Source: Vicugna vicugna (Eukaryota). Taken from it: DNA of 64,000 nucleotides. Shown one piece after another: positions 49,675 through 61,599 of the stretch; position 1 is the stretch's first letter; every line of letters begins with the position of its first letter. A program made the position numbers and the translations under genes. The notes beneath the pieces are model-generated. The model ran no database searches. It worked only from the letters and a program-made list of their open reading frames with translations, and was not told where the DNA came from. The stretch spans positions 62,001 through 126,000 of the forward strand of contig MU057521.1 in assembly GCA_013265495.1 (NCBI GenBank), in the 5' to 3' direction.

Positions 49675-50112
49675 TTACAAAATAAATGAATCACAGATAT
49701 GAAATGTACAGTGTGGGAAATGTAGTCAATAATTACATATCTTTGTATGGTGACAGATGACAACTAGACTTATCAAGACTTATCCAGTTGTCATCTGTAT
49801 AGATGAAATGTATAGAAATACTATTTTGTGTACCAGGCACTTAATTATAATCAGTGTATGTTAATATAATTATAGGCCAATCATACTTCAGAATCAAAGA
49901 AACAAACGTAAAAACTTATAGAAAAAGAGATTAGATTTGTAGTTACCAGAGTCGAGAGGTGGGACTAGAAGGAATTGGATGAAGACAGACGAAAGGTACA
50001 AACTTCCAGTTGTAAGATAAATAAGTACTAGGGATGTAGTGTGCAACGTGATAAACATAATTAACACTGCTGTGTGTTATACTGAAAGTTATTAAGAGAG
50101 TAGATCCTAATG
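49675..50112 (+). mobile_element. L1 3' UTR segments (laurasiatherian L1MA-derived)
   Basis: aaatgtacagtgtgggaaatgtagtcaataat...; aaaggtacaaacttccagttgtaagataaataagtactagggatgta...aagagagtagatcctaa. Confidence 0.8.
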
Positions 50113-50169
50113 AAGTTTACCCAGATTCTGCAATAAGCCACTGTTTCTTTCACACTTGACTCTTTCTAT

Positions 50170-50231
50170 TTTTTTTAAAGTATTTTTGATTTACAATGTT
50201 GTGTTGGTTTCAGGTGTATAGCAGAGTGGTT

Positions 50232-50262
<31 letters not shown>

Positions 50263-50436
50263 TCTTTTTCATTATAGGTTATTACAAGCTATTGAATGTA
50301 GTTCCCTGCGCTATACAGTAGGACCTTGTTGTTTATCTATTTTATATATAATAGTGTGTATCTGCTAATCCCAAACTCCTAATTTATTCCTCCCCACCTT
50401 TTCCCCTTTGGCGACCATAAGTTTATTTTCTATGTG
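50170..50436 (-). mobile_element. L1 3' end containing (CA)13 at 50232-50257
   Basis: Reverse complement matches 13480-13730 (cattataggttattacaag...ctaatcccaaactcctaatttat...accataagttt). Confidence 0.9.
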
Positions 50437-51755
50437 ACAGTTACCTCTTGAACCATCCTCCAAGGCAGGAACAAGGGTTCCCCATGGAACAGAGTTGCTG
50501 TGGATCTGTTGGCAGTAAAAATCTCTGATTGGGCTATTTTTCTGGTAGGTAGAGACACTGTACCTCCAAAGGTTATATGAAGTGGGTTCTCCTGCCTTTT
50601 TGCTATGAATTACTGATGGGAGAATTTGAGGATTTTTCTCTTTGGAGAGAGAATCTGCACTCATTTCTGTATTCTGGTTGTTTTTTTTTTCTCTCAGTTA
50701 ACAGAAAACTTAACACAAAGTTAATTTGCTTATATTTGCTATTATTTCATAGGAATATGTCTCCCTCAAGAACCCTTAGTATGTGTGTACATGGGGGTAA
50801 TTGAGGCCCTGTGATTTGGACCAGTGACTTATCTCACATATATGTATGAATCTCAGGTTAAGTGTTACTCTGTTAAATGACAGTCAGTTTATTAATGCAA
50901 CGTTTAGGCAAGTGTATTTTCCAAGAGTTTCCAGGTTAGGCAGTTTTTCTTCCTGTTCCCATTTTATATTATGTGTGTAAAGTAAAAAAACCATGGATTT
51001 CACTTCTTTTGTCTGTGGTTCATCTAAGGGGAAAAGAACAAATTTGTTCACCCAATTTAATTTTATTATACAAAGTTGCTATAAATTTGCACACAGGAAG
51101 ACTATTTCATGCAGTGACCAGGCACAGAAATTGGAATTTTTGAAAAACAAAAGATAAGAATTTCTACCAGCCCATGAAAATAAATTTGTCATGATGCAAT
51201 TTAAAGGAGAAATCTAAACTAAAACTTTGTATTCTTTTATTCCAAATTGAGATTCTCATCAAATTGTTTCACTTTCAGACTTTTGTTATCTCTGACCTCT
51301 GACGAGTTTATCCTAAAATACCAATTTTATTATCTCTTTTTCCTCCTCAAAAACAATCAGTGGCTCTCCTTTTTTTTTTTTTTAATCATTCAAGTCAAGG
51401 TTGTCTACAGTCTGAGCACAACTTTTGTAGTCAGACTAATGTTCCACTAAGCAATTTCTGGCCTGTTTTCTTCCCAGAGACCTTGCATAGTTTTGCCTTC
51501 CCCAGTGCCTTCTTTTACTTTTTTTCTTCCTACAGTGTGATTTAAAATACCCCTGGAGTGGAAGTCTTAGTCCCCTTCAATTTCAGTTTTACAATTTTCA
51601 AAATGAAATTGATATCTCCCTTTCCAAGTTGTTATTAAGATCAAATGAGGCAATGTGTTTGCGGGATTTGATAAACAATAAACCACTCTTGAACTGTAAG
51701 TTATAATTATTGGCTCATTTTTAAGCCACAGCACAAACTTTCCTTGTGTGGGTAG

Positions 51756-51940
51756 TTTTTCTTGTTTGCTTTAGGTCATACTGGGGATTGAACCCAGGAC
51801 CTCGTACATGCTAAACATGCACTCTGCCACTGAGCTATACCCCTAATTTTTTCCCCCTTGATGGAGACATCAGGGATTGAACCCAGGACCTCGTGCACAC
51901 CAAGCACACAGCCTACGACCGAGCTATACCCTCCGCCCCC
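51756..51940 (-). mobile_element. tRNA-Ala-derived SINE (camelid vic-1 type), head-to-tail dimer
   Basis: Two monomers (51862-51940 and 51774-51843). Minus strand reads gggtatagctcagtggcagagtgcatgtttagcatgtacgaggtcctgggttcaatcccc, with pol III A and B boxes, an AGC anticodon loop and an A-rich tail. Confidence 0.9.
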
Positions 51941-51944
51941 TACA

Positions 51945-52110
51945 GATTTTTTAACATATTTATTCCTCCCAACAATCCTTAGAGGTAGGTTGTATTATCA
52001 TCCTCATCTTACAATCGAAGAATCCGAGTCACAAAAAAAAGTAACTTCATACATCTGCTAAATGATGAAATGAAATTTGAATCCAAGCCATCTAACTAGA
52101 ATGCCTTATT
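51945..52110 (-). mobile_element. MIR SINE
   Basis: ttattcctcccaacaatccttagaggtagg...tattatcatcctcatcttaca...atttgaatccaagcc. Confidence 0.78.
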
Positions 52111-52318
52111 CAGAGCTGTCATGTTCGTATCATCTGTACATAAGCACGTGGAATAATTAAGAGAGAATGCTGCAGCTATGACTGTTTATCTCCATAGCAA
52201 GTTTATACATTCATTGAGATTGAAAACCACATCTTACATTTCTTTTATAAACTCACATGACAGGATGTATAGTATGTGCTCATCAATTCACAAAATTTAC
52301 TCAATCAGAGAAAGATGC

Positions 52319-52716
52319 TGTCTGAGGTTGAGCTCCCTGGAAAACAGGTTATGAGACAGAAATTTGAGTGTAGGAAGTTTATTGGGGAGGATACTGGGGG
52401 GGGGTGGGGAACAACGTCTGCTAAGGATTAAAGGGCAGAGGGAGAAGATGAATTGCCACACAGAACAAAGGCTTCAACAATTGCCAAGAAAGACTCAGAG
52501 TTGTCCCACTGGAACCAGGGGACCCGGGACTTTGTATTCCTGCACCTTAGTCATTAGCTGTGGGTTTCCTGCACCCCTGCTCTTGGGAAGTATGTAACAT
52601 TAAGCAAGGCAGTTCTCTCTGGCTAAAGGCACAGTGACTCAGCTGTGAGTCATTAGCTGCCAACACTCCTGGCAGCTGTAGAAATTAATGTCTCTGATGA
52701 GGATGGCATGCCACCA
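52319..52716 (-). mobile_element. ERVL-class LTR (LTR16-like), 3' LTR of the adjacent proviral remnant
   Basis: tgtctgaggttgagctccctggaaaacagg...tgagacag...gaagtttattgggga is the reverse of an LTR16-type end. A purine tract (minus strand caacaggagaggac) abuts its 5' end. Confidence 0.75.
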
Positions 52717-53810
52717 TGTCCTCTCCTGTTGATCTCTTGCACCACTGAGATCCGCTTGTTTTGTATATTAAGTTCACACCATCTGGAAGCAATTTCTCTA
52801 GAATTCTGGTTGCTCTCATTTCCTGGGACTCTTGCAAGGGTGATAAGTGGAATGTTCTGCAACTTCAGGTCTGAGGGCAGCAACTATCATTCATCATTTC
52901 TCTCTGTTCTAAATTCCTTTCACCCTGAGTGAGCACTCCTGTTCACCTGGGCTGGTGGCCCAAATCCACATACCTGAAGTCTCTGAAACTCTGATCCAAA
53001 TACTTTGATCAGACTGTGGCTGCTGCACTTGTCCACTTACCATCCAAACTGAGCGAAGGAGTAGAAAGAGGACCCAGCGGATCACGTAGGTGTTAGATCT
53101 ATTCCCCTCCACCTCATCGTGTGACAGCCGAATTACCTCCTCCTTCTCATCAGGGTCAGTTACCGTTGCCAGGATGGTGATTCCTTTCTTTGCCTGCAGG
53201 TTTCATGTAATCAGGCATTATTTGTAGTTTAATGGTATCTTGCTGTGGTTTTTGATTGAAACCTCTTCCCGGGAGCTACGACTGCTGAACCCGCGAAGAT
53301 CAGGGTTGCAAAATGGAAAGCATAGGGTCTCCCAATGGCTCACCGGGGGCGATGATGACCTGGCTACTCTACGTCTGCCCATGTTTCCAGAACCCATGGA
53401 TGCTACTTATTGGTGACATAGCATCATATGTGGGTTGTTGCTTTCTGGTGGACGCATTGTCCTGACGGGTGATGCCTTATCCTCACGGGGTATAATCTCC
53501 TATCCAGCCCTCAGTGGCTTCAACAGCAGGTCCTGGCTGGAAGCTGTAGCAGTTAATGTGGTAAGAACAGGAGATCTCATGGCTGCTGCATGTTACTGAT
53601 GCTTCTCCTTTGCTATATAAAGTGGGTTCTTTGGTCTGATGAGATATTAGGTGGAATCCTGTTGTCAACAGAGAAGACATGCTGACAGTAGTACCGATTG
53701 GAGCCCTGTCACCGGGAAAGGTAAACCCATACCCAGAATATCTGTCGTCCCCAGTCAAAACAGTCATTGCCCCTGTGACACTGGAAGGGGTCTAAACTAG
53801 TCTACTTGTC
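52717..53810 (-). mobile_element. ERV-L internal remnant: degenerate integrase and dUTPase
   Basis: ORF 53483-53767 VLTGDDRYSGYGFTFP...TT resembles ERV-L integrase VLTGIDTYSGYGFAFP. Minus 53197-53107 translates QAKKGITILATVTDPDEKEEV, resembling ERV-L dUTPase QAKKGVTVLAGVIDPDYQGEI. Confidence 0.88.
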
Positions 53811-54999
53811 ATGAAAAGACTTAAACAGTATCCCTTGAAGTTCTGGCAGTCTAGTAAGGGAGATAGTCATGTCTTAAAAATTATGAGACACCATGATCAG
53901 TGAACTAAGTTCATGTAAGGGACAGTCTCTCAGGCTTGAGGATTCAAAGAAGTGGAGGTCTGTGAGATGGAGGCTTTGACTGAGCAGCACTCTTGCTGGA
54001 ATAAACAAGTACATCTTCATACCTGACTTTGGGAACTCATGCACATAAAGCTTCTGGAAAGTAAACATTTAATTCAGTGTCTGGCAAATAGCTGATGCCC
54101 AGTACAAGCCAGTCTCCATTTTTTGGATGTCACCACCATAGATTCTAGTTAGTGAATCCTTAATATTGAGTAGGTTTGTTAACAAAAGTGATACCTTATT
54201 ATTGTTCCTTTAATTGAAAATAATGTATTCTTAAGGTTGGAAATCTGGTTTGGGGGAAGCTGGTCATAAGAAGAGGCCAGAAAAGTCAAGCTCACTGAAC
54301 TAGAAATTTCCTTTTATGTTAAATTTAGTTTTCAGCTGAAGTTTTTTTTCCCCTAATATTTTGGTCTGAACTGGGTTTTTGAAGATTTTGTTGTAATGGT
54401 AGGTTCTGAGTGCAATGTTATCATGACTGTCCACCTCACAAAAGTATAATTATATTTCCAGAAAATCTAATAATCTATTGCTAAATAGATTTAACAAGTA
54501 AGAACTAGAAAGACAAAGAAGAGCAAGAAATATAAATCAGCTGCTTTTCTCAGTTTCTTATTTTGAATGAGATGTGCAAATCTTTGCCTTATTCAAAAAT
54601 TGGATATATTATTTCTATTAGAATAGTAAAATGGGAAACATTTTTAATTAAGCAGTATATTTAGGCAGAAAATATTCAGGAAAAGACAAAATGTAGGATT
54701 TCAAATAATGTAAAGTTAATTGTTTTAAGATCAGTTTTATATATATAAAATAATCTTTAGAGTACATAAATTTAACCTGAAATGGCAAAATCCAAATAGG
54801 CAAAAGAAAAGATAAATTGTCCTGTTCTTCATTTATTGTTCAGTTCGACATGGGTGAACTTAAATAAAAATACTTGAAAGTATAAAAGTCAGACAATATT
54901 ATAGTTATAAGATCTTATATCAAAAATTGAACTTCATAAATAAAATATAACTTTACAGGTGGGCATTTTCTTAATTTAATTAAAAAATATGTAAGTAAG

Positions 55000-55400
55000 T
55001 CATGCTTGTTTTTTGTCATTCAGCCAATATGGAAATATATAAAAATGGTCATCTCTTTCTAATTCTTTTTTTTGACTTGTTTTCTAGCTAGAAAATTTTC
55101 TCTATTTTCATTAACATGTACTCGTTTTCTATTGTCTTTCCTTTCTGTTTTCAAAAGTATATGTTACTGGAAATGTTTAACCAGGAACTTTATTTTGTCT
55201 TTATATTTCTGTATATCAACCAGAGTGATGTATGTGATACATTTTTTAAATTATCCCTTTTGAAAAACTACATAATATTCAATACTATGGAGCTACTACT
55301 GATCATTTAGCCATTTCCAGACTGATGGGCAATAGGGTTGTTTCTCATTTCTTGCCACTAGAGGCACTGTAATAAACACCTTTATAGATCATGCGCAAGT
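55000..55400 (-). mobile_element. Old L1 3' fragment
   Basis: catttagccatttccagactgatgggcaatagggttgtttctcattt...taaacaccttt. Confidence 0.55.
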
Positions 55401-55709
55401 AGAAAGGCATCATGTCCCCCCAAGTATTCTTAACTACAAATACTCCTTAGTGCAACGAGGTTGAAAGAACTGAGAAGCTTAGTTTCTACTATTAAATCCA
55501 GAACCGACATGACCAAAAACAACTGTTCACTTTGGGAATTCAAAAAACATCTGCAGAATAGAAATTACCATAGTAATTACATACATTTTGAGTGTGTAGG
55601 ATCAAGTACCATGGTGTTTCCTAAACTGTAAATAGGGATAATAACTGGAAAGAAAAATTCGTATTGTTGGGGATAAAAATTGTGGCATGCAAAGGAAGAG
55701 TAGGAAAAG

Positions 55710-55900
55710 GCACTAAATTTTATTACACAACTATTATGCACCAGACCCTCTCACTTATGTGAAATTAGACTTCACAATGACTTAGAGAGGATGGTATAGT
55801 CCACATTTCAGAGATGAGAAAATTGCTCTTGGACAGTTTTTAAATATCACCCAGACCGCGAGTAGCAGAGGTGAGGTTAAAACACAGTTCTGCTGGCCTC
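55710..55900 (-). mobile_element. MIR SINE
   Basis: ctattatgcaccagac...ccacatttcagagatgagaaaattg...agtagcagag. Confidence 0.7.
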
Positions 55901-57149
55901 GCTCTTCCAAGGATTCTGAGAGATCACTTGTAAAGGCCAGTAAGGCTACATTTAAGATTTATAGTTTTACATTAAGACGGGATGAACATTCATCTCAGTT
56001 GTCCAGGACAGTTCTGATTTATCCCTTTAAAAATGTTTAATAGTATCCGTTCTGTTCTCAGAGTCTTTAAGTGGAAAATGATATATTTACTTTACCTAAA
56101 GACGACCAGCTTAGCTGAAATACCAGAGTGTAAGGGAGAGGCCACTCACCTGGTGGGAGAGGGAAGAGGATGTGATCCCAGGTGAGGGGTAAAGAGTGCT
56201 GAGAATGGAAATTGTACAAATTCTGTTCCACTTCACCAAGGAGAGCCTTGCCTGGATCTTTGGTTGGGAGGGGCTCCCACCCAAGCCTGAGAAGGACAGA
56301 TTGCCGATCTTGGTCCTGGGGTCTCCAGACTGAGACTTCATGACTCCGACTCTCATGAGTCTAGTAAGAATGTGATGCTTGCTCACAAATAACTATAATA
56401 GATGATAGAATGTCTCTGTGATAGAAATAAAGAAAAGTTGATTAGATTTCTTTTCAGCAGAGAATTTGTAGATCATAGATACCAAAAGACTTGTGCGTTA
56501 AGGTGGAATTTTTGATGAGTGTTAATGGTTTGGCGGGATTTTGACATAAGGAGAAGGAATGGATAAAAAAACACTCATCTCGGTCAAATGAGACAATTAG
56601 ATTTCTAACACCTGCATTAAAAAATGAGTGTTATGAACAAAATGAAGATTACTCAGTGTGGATCAAGAAATGATTTATCTTGTTATGGCAATCCTGAATC
56701 AATTACTCAACATCAAATTGTTTTTCTGTATATTTGACCTCTTCAAACCAATACATATCATCCCCAGAATTGAAAACATATGCCATACCATCATTATAAA
56801 TCCTTCCACCTGATTTTTGAAATAATTTTATTAACAATTTCACTACACTGCAAGGAAATTCCTGTATGAATAATACAGCAATCTGATTTTCCTAATACAC
56901 TGTAAGAGGAAAAAGCAGCATTTTCGACTATCAAATACTTAAAAAATGCGTTTGTTTTCTAGTTTGGTAAACAAAGTGAGAGAAACTGATCCTGCTGAGT
57001 TAATTCCTTGAATTTCTTGTCAAGCACAGGCTCCTGCATCTTGATTGTAAGTCCAACAGTGCCCTCTACACCCCATTCTCTGTATAGAATTCCAGTGTTT
57101 GAGAAACAACACAGAATGATGAAGAAGACAAAACTTTGCCCTCAGATTT

Positions 57150-57560
57150 ATGACTTGTATTCTCAAAATAAAATAAGTAAAACAAGAAAAACTTAGTCTG
57201 TGAAATCAATAGCTGATTATTTGACAAGCTTAATAAAACAATAGACTTCAGCTAGGCTGATAAAGATAAAAAGAGAATAATACAAATAACAAGTATGTTA
57301 GGAAAATTGGAGAAATTACTATAGATTTTACAAATATCTAAGGGATGGTAAGGTAATATTATGAAAAAAAATTGTCATAATAAACTTGACAACTTAGATA
57401 AATGGAAAAAATTCTTGATAGATGAAAATTATCAAGTTATCCAAGCTTATTCCAGAAAGCATAGAGTGTCTGAATAGTCCTGTATCTAATAAGTTGAAAC
57501 TGTAAGAGAATTCCAAGCTCAGATAACTACGTGCATGAACCCTGTCAGATATTCAAGCAT
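57150..57560 (+). mobile_element. L1 ORF2 fragment
   Basis: ggagaaattactatagatttt...taatattatgaa...aataaacttgacaacttagataaatggaaaaattccttg-like (KLDNLDKW, cf. L1 KLENLEEMDKF). Confidence 0.8.
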
Positions 57561-57589
57561 GTTCTGAATGTTTTGTCTAGACAAAACAA

Positions 57590-57900
57590 AAATGGATGAC
57601 TCTCAAAAACATAAAGCTGAATGAAAGAAGTCATACACCAAAGAGTCTATGATTCCATTTATATGATATTCTGGAAAATACATCTGTAACCTGCAGTGGG
57701 TAGAAAACAGTTTGGTTATTTCTTGGGGCTGGGTTCAGGGATGATGATTGCCTGGGGCTGGACGCAGAGGAATGGCACAGGGAAAATGGAAATGGTTCCT
57801 ATTTTCATTTTGGTGGAACAGTCTATCATTTGTTGAACACATATACACACTTAAAACGGTAGCATTTTATGACGTAAATTACCTCTTTGTAAAGTTGCTG
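57590..57900 (+). mobile_element. L1MC/MD-like 3' UTR
   Basis: atggatgactctcaaaaacataaagctgaatgaaagaagtca...tatgattccatttatatga...tatacacacttaaaa...gtaaattacctc. Confidence 0.8.
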
Positions 57901-58524
57901 TTAGAATGTAGAATACAGAATTATCAAACTCAGACTCTTTTCCTGGATGTGGTATTTCAACTTAATGTCTAGGTCTCACTTCTGGTGGATTAGAGACAAG
58001 TGATTTTAATGCTTGATCTCATAGTTCACTCTTGGGAAAAAAAACACCTGTTTTAGCCTTTCAGTTGAGAAGTATACGTGTTGTTGGGTGGGGAGGAGAT
58101 AAAAGGGGACATGGGGGATGCAGACACATTTTTAAGGCTGTTTTCCAATTGTAACAACTTTATTTTGACTGAGAGGAGTGAAGACACTGATTAGATTGAG
58201 CAAGATATCTGTTTGAGGCTTATTGTGTGATAACCTGAACAGTTGAAATTGTAAGAAAATTCCAAGCTCAGATAACTACGTGTTGGTTGGTTGTGGGTAA
58301 TGGAGTCTCTGAACAGTTGGTTGTGGGTAATGAAGTCTCTGAAATGACTAAAATATCGTTTGTTTAAATTTTATTTGAATCATGACTAGTTCCTAGATAT
58401 TAAAATTCCTAGTTGTGATTTATCTGAAAGGCTTAAGCAAGGGTCGGAGGAGAGAGTACATACACGATTTAAGTTTTCCCGTCCAAACGATCACCATGGA
58501 TTTCTTACAAGTTTGGAGTTAGGA

Positions 58525-58581
58525 ACATTGTAAAATGATTATAAATCAATAAAAAATGTTAAAAAATATATTGGAAAAAAA
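58525..58581 (+). mobile_element. Ultra-truncated L1 terminus (57 bp)
   Basis: acattgtaaaatgattataaatcaataaaaaatgtt matches the end of the L1 at 47664. TSD aagtttggagttagga / aagtttgggattagga, 14/16 match. Confidence 0.85.
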
Positions 58582-59045
58582 AAGTTTGGGATTAGGATAT
58601 TTTTAGCCATCTTTCAATTACCCTTTTGGGGAATGTGAAGCAATTCTTAATTAAATTATTTAAATTATATATAAATGGTTTGCCTGAGGTCTTCGATTTA
58701 TATTGAATCTGTATGTTTCAACTACAGTCTGACACTGTAACATGGGTAAAGCTAGGTAAATTTAGATAATCTATGTAAAAATTCAAACATCCATTATTTA
58801 TTCTTCTTGCCTTTATTATCTAATAGTTATGCTTTTCTTCAAAATAATCTTTTATTTTTAAAAAATAATGTTTGAGTGTAAAAAACAAATTGAAATTACT
58901 TGCTGTGACTACACCTATTCACTGATAAGGTTGTAAGGAAGGTTCTGTTGCTCACTTGTAAACATTGGGCTTGATACCAGCAGTTTCTAAGTAAAATAGT
59001 GGCTGATTATAAACACAAATCTGCAGGATTCCAGGTTTGCATTCT

Positions 59046-59279
59046 TTTTTTTTAAGCCTAGCTGTTTTCTTTTCTATTAATTGTTATTTTTAAAATTTTA
59101 TACAATGTTAAAGCTTACTTTCCATTTACAGTTACTACAAAATATTGGCTACATTCCCCAGGTTGTACAAATACAGCCTGGAGTCTGTCTTACACCCAGT
59201 AGTTGGTACATCCTACTCCCCCATCCCTATGTTGCTCTCCTCCCCACTGGTAACCACTAGTTTGTTCTCTGTATCTGTA
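59046..59279 (-). mobile_element. 5'-truncated L1 3' end
   Basis: T-tract followed by tacaaaatattggctacattcccc...ccccactggtaaccactagtttgttctctgtatctgt. Flanked by direct repeat gtttgcattct (59035-59045 and 59288-59298). Confidence 0.88.
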
Positions 59280-60679
59280 GATTCACAGTTTGCATTCTAA
59301 GGCAAGAGATGCCTTAAGTAAGCCCCAGCATTTTTAATAATGTTGAAATTGAAGGTTTATAAAAATCTTACTACAGCCCTTTCATGAAAACCAATTATTT
59401 ATTCTATCTTTTTCTAGGCTGATAAGAAAATTGTAGCTAATCTCCAAAATAACTGTAATCCATCACGTGGAAATTGAAAGTTTCAAACGGAGATTGATCC
59501 ACTATTTTGACTTTTGCAGAGAGGATGAAGTTATGTGGATTCCAGAGAAACTAACAAGAAAGCAGATTCTGGTTTAAGAGACTATGATGCTTCATTTGAC
59601 ATCAGTATTTCAGAGGAGATGCTCTATTTTTGATAGAATAATTAAATAAGACTTGATCTCATGACAAAAATGTATAGCTAACTTATTTTATACTATAGAT
59701 GATTGCTATAAAACTTAAGTTGAAACACTTGCTGAGTTGATGTAAGTGAAGTAATCAGGTTTGACTATTCAAGTTTATTCTGCTCTATTAGTATTCTCTC
59801 TCTCTCTCTTTTTGCTGGAGGTGAGGCTTTAAAAAGTAATGCAATATAAGGCTAATTATAATTACAGGATAATAATGCCAATTATATCTTTCAACTAGAA
59901 GACACTCTACTTCCTTTCCATTTGTTAAATTTAACAAAAGGACAAACTTGTATAGTTCAAACAATACTTGGTGAATAGTAATTGAATTTCATGCCCCATC
60001 AGGCAAATTTAAGGATATTCCCAATTATTGTCTCAGAGCACAAAGCATGGATTTCATTATATTCAGCACAGAACAATATCTTTAGAGCTGCTGACTTTGT
60101 GAGCAGAGGCTGAATACGGACAAATACCTTTTAAAATAATCAAGCCTTCTGACAGTTCGTCTCACAATAGCTGCTGGTAGGATTAAACTCCACCCTAACA
60201 TTCATCTTTTCCACGTATGACACTGAAAAATTTAAGATAAATACTTGTAATGTTAGGCGTTGACAGTAATTTGGAGGTAAAATAATCATGCTTTATCTCA
60301 AATCTCTGACCTCCCACATTGTGTGTAAGTGCCAGAGGTCATTTCACCTTTAGTCGTCTTCTTGTTCTTATGGGAAGCAAACGATTACCTTGGCCCTGAA
60401 ACAGCCTACTGGACATCCCACTGGAGAGCAGGGAGGTAGCAAATCAAGGTCAGAGGGACAGAAGGCTCAAGAACCGGGGATTTACAGGCTGGATTCCTGC
60501 AGGTAATGGAATAGTTTAAATGACTATGCCCAGTGGGTAATATAAATGCTCCCTTCCCATCCAGACAATGGGTCTGTAGCTGAGTACTCACGAGACACGG
60601 GGCAAGGGTGGTTTTAGAGCTGGTTGAATGCAAACAGTTCCATTTCACATTCCCACTTCCCCATCGTTAACCCAGTTCA

Positions 60680-61030
60680 CTCAACGCACTGTGTAGTCAT
60701 AACTAGGACCTTCAAAGCTCTACGTGTTTAGACCCACAGTCCCCTTTGCTTGAGATGCTTTTCTACCCTTTCCAGTTTAACTTCAAAATCTAGTTAAATG
60801 TTACCTTCACTTCTACAACCTCCTGAATTCCCTCAAGCAGAGTTGGCCATTCTCTCCCCCCTGCTCCCTTACTGCTTCATACATATCTCTTTTCTCTCCA
60901 TTCTGCTTTGAATATTGCATTCAGATGATTAGATGATAGACTAGTGTTTCTCACTATAATGCAAGCATCCTTTTAGAGTCTAGAAGATGTTTTTCATCCT
61001 TATTCTTACAACTAAGCCTTCTTTCCTGAT
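60680..61030 (+). mobile_element. L2 3' fragment
   Basis: gagatgcttttctaccc...aaatgttaccttc...ctataatgcaagcatcc...catagtagg. Confidence 0.6.
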
Positions 61031-61599
61031 ACATAGTAGGCAGTGTTTCTTGTGCTCAGTCTTTTTTTTCGGTTTTTCACATGTTGTTTAGCTTGACATT
61101 CACAATTCTGTGATTTTCTGAGCTATTAGTACCAAACCAGTCACACTAACAAGAATATTGACTCTAAAAGAACTGTGGTTGGCATAAGCTCACTGGTGAC
61201 TTGTTTATTGTTTTTTGCATTAAACATTATCAGGCTAGGTAGCCCCTCTTTTGAGCCTGTCCTCGAACATTCTAATTATTCTCACCCTTTCCAGAAATAG
61301 AAAGTAACTGAAAGTTGTTATTTATTCTTACCATTTGTGTTATTAAATTTTTATTAGATTTGTTCTTACTACTTTATAAGCATTGAACTTCTAGTCATCT
61401 CTGCCTGTTCCACAATATGAAATTCAGTAAGTCCTGGGCTTCAGTCTCAATCTGTGTATTTCTGGTTTCACCCACAAAGAGATTTAAATTGTTTTTGAGC
61501 ATGGCTATATTTTTTAAATAAATATTTGAAGGTTGATAGCTTTGTGGAAGTCAACTTTTGGACTTACATTTTTTTTTCCTGTTTTTACTGTCCTTATCA

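Noticed and set aside
51774..51843. Functional tRNA-Ala(AGC) gene
   Set aside because: Acceptor stem is disrupted, it lies in tandem with a second decayed monomer and has an A-rich tail, so it is a SINE.
55353..55368. Second CTCF-like motif tgccactagaggcact
   Set aside because: One base short in the core spacing and inside an L1 remnant.
58286..58343. CRISPR-like direct repeats
   Set aside because: Only two adjacent copies with no spacer, in mammalian DNA with no cas genes; it is a tandem duplication.
59418..59577. Acceptor tttttctag followed by a roughly 46-codon open stretch
   Set aside because: All frames from that acceptor hit stops, there is no good donor, and the peptide is unrecognised.
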